Source: Bacillota bacterium | Lineage (GTDB): Bacteria; Bacillota; Clostridia; Clostridiales; Clostridiaceae | Direction of reading: 5' to 3' | Assembly (NCBI GenBank): GCA_023435985.1 | Contig: JAEZKY010000331.1 | Location: forward strand, 19,370-83,369 | Length of the DNA: 64,000 nucleotides | Part shown: positions 41,247 to 50,770 of the stretch, in pieces | Layout of the letters: the number at the start of each line of letters is the position of its first letter | Position numbering within the stretch: position 1 is the stretch's first letter | The notes under the pieces: model-generated | The model's input: the letters and a program-made list of their open reading frames with translations, nothing else | What the model was told of the DNA's origin: nothing | Database searches by the model: none | Made by a program: the position numbers and the translations under genes

Positions 41247-41630
41247 CTATTTTATAATAATTTTTTCATTAAAATCAGAAATTAAATATTGTTTTGAGCA
41301 TTTTTTTACAAAGTCTTCAAAGTTATCTGCCTTAGTTGAAGTAATTTCAGTAAATTTTAAATCATTAATATAAAACTTAGTATATTTCTCTAATGAAAAC
41401 TTAGGAGCTTTAGCAATATCGACAATTTCATCTTCGATGCCTTCAAGTTGTAATTTGACTAAATCTATATCTAAGTTTTCGTTAAATAAATGGACTCTAT
41501 CCCAATTTTGGGTTGAAATTAAAGCGGTTTCTTTTGTATCTCTATTAAATAATAAAATAGCTAATGTTATGCAGTCCTTTGAAACCAAAGATGGATGATG
41601 GCATAAAATAGAATAATCAATATTAAACAT
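41247..41630 (-). CDS. DUF3037-like protein
   Basis: YSIL..HP...D.I.LAILL N-terminus, RV..F...D..L; coupled to upstream kinase. Confidence 0.55.
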   Translation of the reverse strand: MFNIDYSILCHHPSLVSKDCITLAILLFNRDTKETALISTQNWDRVHLFNENLDIDLVKLQLEGIEDEIVDIAKAPKFSLEKYTKFYINDLKFTEITSTKADNFEDFVKKCSKQYLISDFNEKIIIK

Positions 41631-41641
41631 GAAATCACTTC

Positions 41642-42448
41642 CTAATAATTAGTATTTACAATTAAATCTGCATAGTAGTCAATATGCTCCATTCTATACA
41701 ATAAATATTGAATTAATGTCTTTAATTCATTTTTATTATGTTCAAATACTTCAGGGATTTTATCAACGATACTTTCCAAAAAGTCTTTTGTTAAATTTTC
41801 TTTGAAATAATCTACTGTTTCTTTCATAACATTAAGGTCAAGATTTAAGACTGATTTGAATTTTGCATAGTGGTACCAATTATCAGCCATTATAGCAGAA
41901 TCTTTAAAATCTTCATCTATAATTTTATATTCAAGTGCGTGGGTATTCCATAACGCTTCTAGATTAAAAGTATGACTATGATCTATAATGTATAGTTGTC
42001 TATTGGATTTTGAAAGTGAAATAAGAAGATTACCCTTATTTCTATCTTTATTATAAATTAAATGATCAAATAACATTAATTTAGGCAATAACCATTCATA
42101 ATTACTTGCAAGTTGCAGCATTTTGCTTGAGGTTACTACGGTAACAGGCTCCAAAAATTCTGAACAAAAGGCTAATCCAAAACAGGAATCAGAAAAGTCC
42201 TCTAGGTCTAATACTTTTTTAGATATTACTGTATTTGCATCTATAATCCCTAATTTTGCATCAGGAATTGGAAAGTTTAATTTTTTAGCTATGTAATGAC
42301 AAACCAATTCATTTATTAAAGTTTTATTTCCTTCAATATTATTGAAGGTTTTTATAATATAATTTTTATTATTAACAACTCCAAGTATAGGAATAGTAGC
42401 TCCATTGCCTATTGGATATAATAATTCATCTACATGATACGTGTCCAA
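41642..42448 (-). CDS. HipA-like Ser/Thr kinase
   Basis: GNGATIP loop, YIIK, LINELV, FDHLIYNKDRNKGNLL, IIDHSHTF; AGGAGG RBS before TTG. Confidence 0.82.
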   Translation of the reverse strand: MDTYHVDELLYPIGNGATIPILGVVNNKNYIIKTFNNIEGNKTLINELVCHYIAKKLNFPIPDAKLGIIDANTVISKKVLDLEDFSDSCFGLAFCSEFLEPVTVVTSSKMLQLASNYEWLLPKLMLFDHLIYNKDRNKGNLLISLSKSNRQLYIIDHSHTFNLEALWNTHALEYKIIDEDFKDSAIMADNWYHYAKFKSVLNLDLNVMKETVDYFKENLTKDFLESIVDKIPEVFEHNKNELKTLIQYLLYRMEHIDYYADLIVNTNY

Positions 42449-42733
42449 CTTTTAATCCTCCTATACATAGTCCGATAATTATAGTTAAAAGATAAGTGTG
42501 TTAATTATATCATATTTTATATGAATAAGTGGGAATTATTAAATTTAGATAGTAGCATTAATGCATTTAAGGTATTTAATAATGTTTGGCGCAATTAGCA
42601 AGTAACTTGTCGTATTGTGCTAGTTACATGATCATATTTAATAGGTATAATGTAATAAATGTTTAACTAGCAAGGTAAATGTAATTATAGCTAAATTAGT
42701 GAATATGTAAATATTTAAAGGAGGGGATTATGC

Positions 42734-43738
42734 ATGACATCTCATGCCCGAATTAAAATCACGACAGGATTTTGGGAAAGTTTATATCAATTAGGAATTG
42801 ATGCTAAGCATGTAGTTAGAAAAGCACGGCTACCGCTTACAATTATTACAGCTCCTTTTGTAACAACCACTCAATATTTTGCAATCTGGAAAGCTTATTC
42901 AGATATTATTGATGATACTGCTGAGGGTATTATTAAGCTTGCGACCGCATTTGATGCAGCCCATTATCCACCCACTGTCCTAGCAACTTATCACGCTCGC
43001 GATTATCGTGATGCATTAAAGCGAATGGCTAGATATAAGCAACTGTGCCCTCCTGAAGGTTTGCACATTACCGAAAAAGGTGATGAGTGCACAATAGAAT
43101 TGGAATGGTTGTATGTTGAACAGTCTGGTCCACCGATTTTGGTTGGTATTACACTGGCATTTCTTTTGGAGTTAGGTCGCAGGGGCACAGCTCAACCTTT
43201 AATGGCTAAGTTAGTAGAATTTTCTGATTCTATGGGCAATGTAGAGGTGCTTGAAGCTTACTTTGGCTGCTGCGTTAAGACCGGTGCAAATTGTAATCGC
43301 TTGACGTTACATCGAGGAGATTTGGACCGCCCATTTGTTTCATACAATGCAGAGTTGTTAGAGATTCTGACTCCAGTACTGGAACAATCGTTGGATGAGC
43401 GACAACGCAGTTATTCAATTACTGAAATGGTCAAGTGGATTGTAAAGCGTAGCCTAACCGGAGGGTGTCCAGATATTCAGACTGTCGCGAGTGAACTAGG
43501 AATGAGTAATCGCACATTGCAGCGCCGTCTTATTGATGAAGGTACGAGCTTTAAGAATATATTGACACAAGTAAGGCATGAGCAGGCAATAGAGTACTTG
43601 ACAGACTTATCTCTCGACATTAAAGAAGTAGCCTTCATGATTGGATATGAAGACAAAAATTCATTCTACCGCGCTTTTCGACTTTGGGAAGGTGATACTC
43701 CTTCAAATTGGCGTGCTGAACATTTAGGCAAAAATTAG
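42734..43738 (+). CDS. AraC family regulator
   Basis: LGMSNRTLQRRL, IKEVAFMIGYED.NSFYRAF..W.G.TP. Confidence 0.92.
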   Translation: MTSHARIKITTGFWESLYQLGIDAKHVVRKARLPLTIITAPFVTTTQYFAIWKAYSDIIDDTAEGIIKLATAFDAAHYPPTVLATYHARDYRDALKRMARYKQLCPPEGLHITEKGDECTIELEWLYVEQSGPPILVGITLAFLLELGRRGTAQPLMAKLVEFSDSMGNVEVLEAYFGCCVKTGANCNRLTLHRGDLDRPFVSYNAELLEILTPVLEQSLDERQRSYSITEMVKWIVKRSLTGGCPDIQTVASELGMSNRTLQRRLIDEGTSFKNILTQVRHEQAIEYLTDLSLDIKEVAFMIGYEDKNSFYRAFRLWEGDTPSNWRAEHLGKN

Positions 43739-43882
43739 ATAAATTGACTTTGTCTTAAGAGCAAAATATTTAACAATATATTACAAAAAAGTTAATCTAA
43801 TAAAAATTACAAAAGAATAAGAATGTTTGTTTAAATTAACTTTTTAAAATCTTAATAAGTAATTTAAAAGGAGAAATATACC

Positions 43883-44677
43883 ATGGATATGGAATTAAAC
43901 AATAAAACAGCTTTAGTTACGGGATCAACAAAAGGGATAGGTAAAGCAATTGCTATGGAATTTGCTAAGGAAGGTGTTAATGTACTAATTAATGGACGAA
44001 ATTATGAAGAAGTAGAACAGATTGTAAATGAAATTAAATCAAGATTTCCATCTACTTCTCCTCAAAATGCTACAGCAGATATTGTGAATATTAAAAAAAG
44101 AGAAGCTTTATTTGAGAAATATCCTGACATTGATATCTTAGTTAATAATATGGGTATCTATGGAATTATGGAATACAATGATGTTGAAGATGAAATTTGG
44201 GAAAAATACTTTAAAACTAATGTTCTTGCTGCAAATGGATTATGTAAATTTTATTTACCTAAAATGTTAAAAAATAATTATGGTCGCATTATTTTTATTG
44301 CAAGTGAAGAAGCAATTATGCCTTCTGGACAAATGCCACAATATTGCATGACAAAATCAATGTTATTATCATTATCAAAAAGTTTATCTAAATTAACAAT
44401 AGGAAAAGAAGTTACAGTTAATACAATTATGCCAGGGCCAACACTTTCTGAAAATGTATATGAAATAGTTGATGGTGTATATTCTGACAAAAATATGACA
44501 TTTGAAGAAAAGGAGAAAAAATTTATGGCTGCAAATTTACCTCAATCTGAAATACAGCGTTTTATTAGACCAAGTGAAATAGGTAGATTAACTACATTTG
44601 TGTGCAGCCCTTATGCAGGGGCATTTAAAGGTTCTCCAATTCGTATGGATGGAGGAATGGTACCGACTATTTATTAA
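43883..44677 (+). CDS. SDR family oxidoreductase
   Basis: TGSTKGIG, VNNMG, YCMTK. Confidence 0.9.
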   Translation: MDMELNNKTALVTGSTKGIGKAIAMEFAKEGVNVLINGRNYEEVEQIVNEIKSRFPSTSPQNATADIVNIKKREALFEKYPDIDILVNNMGIYGIMEYNDVEDEIWEKYFKTNVLAANGLCKFYLPKMLKNNYGRIIFIASEEAIMPSGQMPQYCMTKSMLLSLSKSLSKLTIGKEVTVNTIMPGPTLSENVYEIVDGVYSDKNMTFEEKEKKFMAANLPQSEIQRFIRPSEIGRLTTFVCSPYAGAFKGSPIRMDGGMVPTIY

Positions 44678-45157
44678 ATGTGTCTTATTATTTATACATA
44701 AACGATTATAGGTACTTATTCTTCATACAATATGATGGGAAATGTATGAGATTTAATCCTAATTATTTAATAATCTGGAAGAGTTAGGTAAAATAAAAAG
44801 GGGGGAATACATATAAATATGTATTAATTGATCAAAAAAATTATCATCCGTCTAATTAATAACGTTTTATGCACAAACTAAAAATAGCATGGTTATCATA
44901 TTTATTGAAAAATAGCTTTAGTAGTACGTTGTACTACGGCTTTTTTTGATTTTACTTCAGATACCCATTTTTATTGTCTTAAAAATCATATTTAATGCAA
45001 CATTAGGAAGAGTGGCGAATATAATAAATATGGATTAGAAATGATTAATATATGAAGTTTAGTGTTTACTTTAGAGATAATATGCAAAGGTATGCTAGGC
45101 TGCGTATTATAAATAATAGATCAAAGACAGTAAAAAATGTATATGGGGGTAATTTTC

Positions 45158-45499
45158 ATGATAAAAGATAAATTCGATAAAAATAAGGATAGAGACAGTG
45201 TAGGTATTGACTTTGTTTTTGATAATAATGGAGACTATATTTATACAGATAGTGAATATGGCTTTGGTAAAAAAGTAAATATTCGCGGAAAGATTACAAC
45301 TCCAGAAGATGGAATTTATTCTGCAGAGATTATATCTTCAGATGGCGGCGGCGGTAAATGGGATAATGTTAAAGCCAATGAAGAAGTAACCTGTGTTATA
45401 AATACGAGTATTCTCCATAAGACAACTGTTACAGTTAAGATACATTCAAACAAGCCTAACTGTAATGGACATACTGTCATAGATTATTTTTTGGGATAA
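45158..45499 (+). CDS. Hypothetical protein, beta-rich
   Basis: GGGGG RBS, open frame, hairpin at 45566-45605 downstream. Confidence 0.6.
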   Translation: MIKDKFDKNKDRDSVGIDFVFDNNGDYIYTDSEYGFGKKVNIRGKITTPEDGIYSAEIISSDGGGGKWDNVKANEEVTCVINTSILHKTTVTVKIHSNKPNCNGHTVIDYFLG

Positions 45500-45851
45500 T
45501 GCATAAATATAGATGTTAATAAAGGTTTAAATAGTATTTTTAGATTTTATAAATATGGAATAATGTAGCACGGATAGTTACAGTCTATAGTAACTATCTG
45601 TGCTATTATAATTTAATGGATTAAATATATATAATATATTTTCAATAAGGTGTTGATATATTAATACACAATTATGTAATATTATAATAAATAAGACATA
45701 ATCTAAGGTATGCGTTAAAAGTGAACATATAAAATATATGTAAATAGGAAAAATATGATTTTGAATTGTTGACTATTTTTTTTAGCTAATAGATAATGGT
45801 AAATATATAAAGAGGTTGTAAATATGTACTAAGTATTGGGGGAGACGTTGC

Positions 45852-46388
45852 ATGATCGGACAAAAAATCAGAGAAAGAAGACAACAACTTGGATTAAGTC
45901 TTAAAGAATTAGCAGAAAAGACAGATTTAACATCAGGATTTTTAAGTCAAATAGAAAGAGATTTATCAGAGCCTTCGATTTCATCACTGCGTAAGATTTC
46001 TGAAGTTTTAGGTGTAGCTGTATTTTATTTTTTAGTAGATGATAAAGGTAAAAATCCTGTAGTAAAGAGAAATGAACGAAAGAAAATAAGATTCTCGGAA
46101 TCTCATATGACTTACGAGTTATTATCTCCAGATATGGATAGACAGATGGAGATGTTTATGGCTAAATTAGAGCCAGGAGCTATGACTTGTAGTGAACCGC
46201 TGACTCATCCAGGTGAAGAAGTAACTTATGTTCTTAAGGGAAAGATGTGGATAAAGATAGGTGAAGAAGAATATACACTTGAGCAGGGTGATACAATATA
46301 CTATTTTGGAACAACTCCTCATCAGATAATAAATACTGGAGATGAAGAAATGATATTTATTTCAACTATAACTCCTCCTCAATTTTAA
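45852..46388 (+). CDS. XRE-HTH + cupin transcriptional regulator
   Basis: IRERRQQLGLSLKELA..FLSQIER; HPGEE..V..G cupin. Confidence 0.92.
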   Translation: MIGQKIRERRQQLGLSLKELAEKTDLTSGFLSQIERDLSEPSISSLRKISEVLGVAVFYFLVDDKGKNPVVKRNERKKIRFSESHMTYELLSPDMDRQMEMFMAKLEPGAMTCSEPLTHPGEEVTYVLKGKMWIKIGEEEYTLEQGDTIYYFGTTPHQIINTGDEEMIFISTITPPQF

Positions 46389-46412
46389 AAATAGATAACA
46401 ATTAAGAGTTCA

Positions 46413-46523
46413 TTGACAATATTATTGGTTAGTGATATTATACTTATATTAAATAAATTTAGTCATACTAAATTTATAAGTGGCAACGAGGTCATCGCTA
46501 TTTTATTAGTGATGACCTTTTTT
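46413..46523 (+). promoter_or_regulatory. Promoter, palindromic operator and leader terminator of dpaL operon
   Basis: TTGACA-17-TATTAT with TG extension; ATAAATTTAGT-cat-ACTAAATTTAT; AGGTCATCGCTA/TAGTGATGACCT+T tract. Confidence 0.7.
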
Positions 46524-46556
46524 ACATAGAGGAAATTATAGAATTTTCTAGAGATT

Positions 46557-46617
46557 TAAGGCATATGAAAGAAAATAGTCAGGCTGATTGACTTGTTCTT
46601 TTTTAGGTAATGCCTAA
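46557..46617. repeat. Degenerate short member of TAAGGCA..TGCCTAA family
   Basis: TAAGGCATATGAAAGAAAATAGTC...GACTTGTTCTTTTTTAGGTAATGCCTAA. Confidence 0.55.
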
Positions 46618-46882
46618 TGTCATGTTAATTAAATATAAGTAAAAAAGAATGAATAAATTAATAGTGAGCAATGTACAATTGACAGTGTAGAGAAAAAAGC
46701 TTATAGCTTTTCTTAAAGTGTATTTTTAGAAATTCAATGAGGAGTTTTAGGTATATGAGAGAAAATAATAAGTTCAAATATGCTCAGGACATTTTTAATA
46801 ATGTATTATCTTAAATTGCACATTGAAAACTGTAAGTTTAAGTACAAGTATTTATGTATTAAAAGTAGAGGAGAAAGTCAGA

Positions 46883-48097
46883 ATGAGTGAGAAATTTAAG
46901 AATGTTAGTCAGGATAGAAAAAAAGGAAAGAAGACATCGTTGGAATTTTTAAACATTGATGCAGCTAGGAAGGCACAGAAATTTCATAAGAGTTTTAATA
47001 ATTATAGTATCACGCCTCTAACAGAGCTTAAAAATTTGGCAGATACGATAGGAGTAAACAATATATATGTAAAGGACGAGTCATATAGATTTGGGTTAAA
47101 TGCTTTTAAGGTATTAGGTGGAAGTTATGCAATAGGAAATTATATTGCAGAAAAGTTAGGACAAGATATAGATGAACTTCCATATGAAAAAATGATTTCT
47201 GATGAGGTGAAAAGCAAACTTGGGGATATAACCTTTATTACTGCAACAGACGGAAATCATGGGAGAGGAGTGGCGTGGACAGCAAATCGATTAAAACAAA
47301 AATCTATTGTTTATATGCCGAAGGGAAGTTCTTTAGAGAGACTAAATAACATAAAGGCAGAAGGTGCAGAAGCTGCAATAACTGATATGAATTATGATGA
47401 GGCAGTAAGATTTTCAAATGAATTAGCAGAGAAAAATGGCTGGGTAATGGTTCAAGATACGGCGTGGGATGGATATGAGAAGATTCCAACTTGGATAATG
47501 CAGGGATATACAACAATGGCATACGAAGTATATATGCAAATGCAGGAAATGAAAGCAGAAATGCCAACACATATTTTTCTGCAGGCAGGGGTTGGAGCTT
47601 TTGCAGGTGCTGTTCAAGGATTCTTTGCTAGTGTTTATGGAGAAAACAGGCCAATAACGACAATAGTAGAACCTAATAAGGCAGATTGCATTTATAAGAC
47701 GGCAGAGAAAAATGATGGAGAGCTTCATTTTGTAACAGGTGATATGGATACAATAATGGCAGGACTTGCCTGCGGAGAACCTTGCAGCATAGGATATAAA
47801 GTACTTAGGGATTATGGTGATAATTTTGTGTCATGTCCAGATTTTATCACTGCAAAAGGTATGAGAACAATGGGAAATCCAGTTGGAGACGATAAAAAAA
47901 TAATCTCAGGGGAAAGCGGAGCAGTGACCTTAGGGCTTGTAGCTGAAATCATGGAAAATCCAGATTTACAGTGGTTAAAAGATAAATTGAAACTTGATGA
48001 AAATTCAAGAATCCTCTGCTTCAGCACTGAGGGAAATACAGATAAAGAAAGTTATAAAGACATAGTCTGGAATGGAAAGTATCCAAGTTATAGATAA
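46883..48097 (+). CDS. dpaL: Diaminopropionate ammonia-lyase
   Basis: KDESYRFGLNAFKVLGG, TATDGNHGRG, QDTAW, MAGLACGEP, SGESGA. Confidence 0.95.
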   Translation: MSEKFKNVSQDRKKGKKTSLEFLNIDAARKAQKFHKSFNNYSITPLTELKNLADTIGVNNIYVKDESYRFGLNAFKVLGGSYAIGNYIAEKLGQDIDELPYEKMISDEVKSKLGDITFITATDGNHGRGVAWTANRLKQKSIVYMPKGSSLERLNNIKAEGAEAAITDMNYDEAVRFSNELAEKNGWVMVQDTAWDGYEKIPTWIMQGYTTMAYEVYMQMQEMKAEMPTHIFLQAGVGAFAGAVQGFFASVYGENRPITTIVEPNKADCIYKTAEKNDGELHFVTGDMDTIMAGLACGEPCSIGYKVLRDYGDNFVSCPDFITAKGMRTMGNPVGDDKKIISGESGAVTLGLVAEIMENPDLQWLKDKLKLDENSRILCFSTEGNTDKESYKDIVWNGKYPSYR

Positions 48098-48224
48098 ACA
48101 ATGTGTATTTTAGATTTTGGTGATAGTTAACTGAAAGCACAAATAGCAACAATAAAGAAAAGTTAAAAAATTTTTGTACCTAACTGTAAACTGCAAACTG
48201 TGAACTGACTAAAGGGGGGAGAGT

Positions 48225-49505
48225 ATGAGAGACCTAGAAAAGAATATAAAAATATTAAAAGGAAATATTATATATACTGAAAATAGTGATTCGTTTAATG
48301 TGGTTGAAAAGGGATTTATTATAGTTAAGGATGGAATTGTCGATGGTACTTATGAAAAGTTACCTGAGGAATTTAAAGATATGCAAGTTGAAGACTACGG
48401 AGATAAATTAATAATCCCTGGATTTATAGACTTGCATACCCATGCTTCTCAATTTGCTATAAAAGGAATTGGATACGATAAGGAGCTTTTGCCTTGGCTT
48501 GAAACCTATACTTTCCCAGAAGAATCAAAATTCATAGATAAGGTCTATGCTGAAAAGGTATATAAAGAATTTGTTGATGAATTATATGAAGAAGGTACTA
48601 CAAGAGCAGTTATTTTTGCAACTATTCATTTTGAGGCCACAGAGATTTTGATGAAGCTCCTTGAAGAAAAAGGAATAGAAGCCTATGTTGGAAAAGTGAA
48701 TATGGATAGAAATTGTCCAGATACATTAAAGGAAAAGAGTGATGAATCTGTTGAAACTACTATAAAGTGGATAGAGAATTCCAGTAAGAAGTATAAGTAT
48801 GTAAAACCAATAATTACTCCTAGATTTGTTCCAAGCTGTACAGGCCATTTAATGAAAGAATTAGGAAGTATAGCAGTAAGTAAATCTATGCCAGTACAAT
48901 CCCATTTATCTGAAAATTTATCAGAGATTGAGTGGGTAAAAGAATTGCATCCTGAATGTAAAAATTATGGTGAGGTTTATGATAAGTTTAATCTCTTTGG
49001 GCAGACCAAAACAATAATGGCTCACTGTGTGTATTTAACAGAGGATGAGATAAATGCAATTAAGGATAATAATGTAACTATAGCACATTGTCCAACTTCC
49101 AATGTAAATATATCTAGTGGAATAGCACCTATAAATACATTGCTTAGAAAGAAAAAAGTGAAAATTGGACTCGGCTCAGATATAGCTGGAGGAGAAAGCT
49201 TAAGCCTGCTTTCTGTAATGAAATCAGCAGTTAGTTTGTCAAAAATGAGAGCCGTATGCTTTAAGGAAGAAGAAAAAGCTTTAACACTTCCAGAGGTTTT
49301 TTACTTAGCAACGAAAGGCGGAGGAAGCTTTTTTGGGAAGGTTGGAAGCTTTGAAAAGAGTTATGAATTTGATGCGTTAATAATAGATGATGATAACTTA
49401 TGGAAGGTTAATAAAGGAAATATAGAAGAAAGATTAGAAAAGTTAGTTTATTTAGGTGATAAGAGAAACATAATTAAAAGGTATGTATGTGGAAGAGAAA
49501 TATAG
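48225..49505 (+). CDS. guaD: Guanine deaminase
   Basis: IDLHTHASQ, WLETYTFPEE, ITPRF, QSHLSEN, HCPTSN, GSDIAGG. Confidence 0.9.
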   Translation: MRDLEKNIKILKGNIIYTENSDSFNVVEKGFIIVKDGIVDGTYEKLPEEFKDMQVEDYGDKLIIPGFIDLHTHASQFAIKGIGYDKELLPWLETYTFPEESKFIDKVYAEKVYKEFVDELYEEGTTRAVIFATIHFEATEILMKLLEEKGIEAYVGKVNMDRNCPDTLKEKSDESVETTIKWIENSSKKYKYVKPIITPRFVPSCTGHLMKELGSIAVSKSMPVQSHLSENLSEIEWVKELHPECKNYGEVYDKFNLFGQTKTIMAHCVYLTEDEINAIKDNNVTIAHCPTSNVNISSGIAPINTLLRKKKVKIGLGSDIAGGESLSLLSVMKSAVSLSKMRAVCFKEEEKALTLPEVFYLATKGGGSFFGKVGSFEKSYEFDALIIDDDNLWKVNKGNIEERLEKLVYLGDKRNIIKRYVCGREI

Positions 49506-49522
49506 GAAAGAGGTAGTTTTAT

Positions 49523-50713
49523 ATGGATAAGGAGAAAAAAGAAAAGCTAATAAAGCTTTGTCAGGATGTCATCAAGATAGAAAGTTATTCTGGAAATGAA
49601 GGAAATGTAGTTAAATGCATTGAAGAAAACATGAAAAATGCAGGTTTTGATGAAGTTATTGTAGATAAATATGGAAGCATAGTTGGAAAAATAAAAGGAA
49701 ATAGACCAGGTAATAAAGTACTTTTCGATGCTCATATAGATACAGTTCCAGTGGGAAATCTAGAAGAATGGAAGCATGATCCTTTCGGAGCGGAGATATG
49801 TGATGACAAGATTTATGGAAGAGGTACTTCAGATATGAAGGGCTCTTTAGCAGCTATGATAACAGCAGCAGAATATTTTACTAAGGATACTAATAGAGAC
49901 TTTCCAGGGGAAATATATATTGCAGGGGTTGTTCATGAAGAGTGCTTTGAAGGAGTTGCTGCAAGGAATATAAGTGAGCTTGTTAAACCTGACTATGTAA
50001 TTATAGGGGAAGCTTCTGAATTAAATTTAAAAATAGGACAACGTGGGCGTGCTGAAATTGTAGTAGAGACCTTTGGAGTTCCAGCTCATTCTGCTAATCC
50101 GGAAAAGGGAATTAATGCAGTTTATAGCATGGCGAAGGTGATAAATAAGCTTCAGGAAATCAAATATGAGGAAGATGAATTTTTAGGAAAAGGAATTTTA
50201 GAGCTTACTGATATCAAATCTTCACCTTATCCAGGAGCTTCAGTTGTTCCAAGCTATTGTAAGGTGACTTATGATAGAAGATTATTAGTTGGAGAGACTA
50301 AAGATGGTGTTTTAGAACCTATTGTAAAATTACTTGAAGAGCTGAAAAAGGAATTCCCTAATATAGATTACAAAGTTTCTTATGCTAAGGGAACTGAAAA
50401 ATGTCATACAGGAGAATTTATTGAAGGAGAAAGATTTTTCCCAGCCTGGTGCTATAAAGAGGAGGAAACTTTCGTACAAAAAACTTTTGAAGGTTTAAAA
50501 AATATAGGATTAGATCCTAAGATAACTAACTATTCCTTCTGTACTAATGGAAGTCACTACGCAGGAGAAGCTAATATAAAGACTATAGGCTTTGGTCCAT
50601 CAAAAGAAAATATAGCCCATACTATAGATGAATATATTGAAATAGAGCAGCTTGCAGGTGCATGTGAGGGCTATTACAAAATAATGGAGACATTATTAGG
50701 CTTAGAATCATAA
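49523..50713 (+). CDS. ygeY: YgeY-family M20 metallohydrolase
   Basis: DAHIDTV, GRGTSDMKG, HEE, GQRGR, FCTNG, AHTIDE. Confidence 0.8.
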   Translation: MDKEKKEKLIKLCQDVIKIESYSGNEGNVVKCIEENMKNAGFDEVIVDKYGSIVGKIKGNRPGNKVLFDAHIDTVPVGNLEEWKHDPFGAEICDDKIYGRGTSDMKGSLAAMITAAEYFTKDTNRDFPGEIYIAGVVHEECFEGVAARNISELVKPDYVIIGEASELNLKIGQRGRAEIVVETFGVPAHSANPEKGINAVYSMAKVINKLQEIKYEEDEFLGKGILELTDIKSSPYPGASVVPSYCKVTYDRRLLVGETKDGVLEPIVKLLEELKKEFPNIDYKVSYAKGTEKCHTGEFIEGERFFPAWCYKEEETFVQKTFEGLKNIGLDPKITNYSFCTNGSHYAGEANIKTIGFGPSKENIAHTIDEYIEIEQLAGACEGYYKIMETLLGLES

Positions 50714-50770
50714 GCCTTAGGAGAATGGTTTCATGACATTTTGTGCTTCGAGAAAGGAAGGGTTATAAAA

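Larger units (their letters stand above)
37194..44946. mobile_element. ~7.7 kb genomic island downstream of tRNA-Trp, no integrase seen
   Basis: Identical 26-bp direct repeat GTAGTACGTTGTACTACGGCTTTTTT at 37194-37219 and 44921-44946; accessory cargo and pseudogenes between. Confidence 0.7.

Noticed and set aside
41023..41373. ORFs 41023-41214 (-) and 41191-41373 (+) as a third component of the kinase module
   Set aside because: Overlap better-supported genes and lack RBS; 41090-41245 may be a remnant but cannot be assigned
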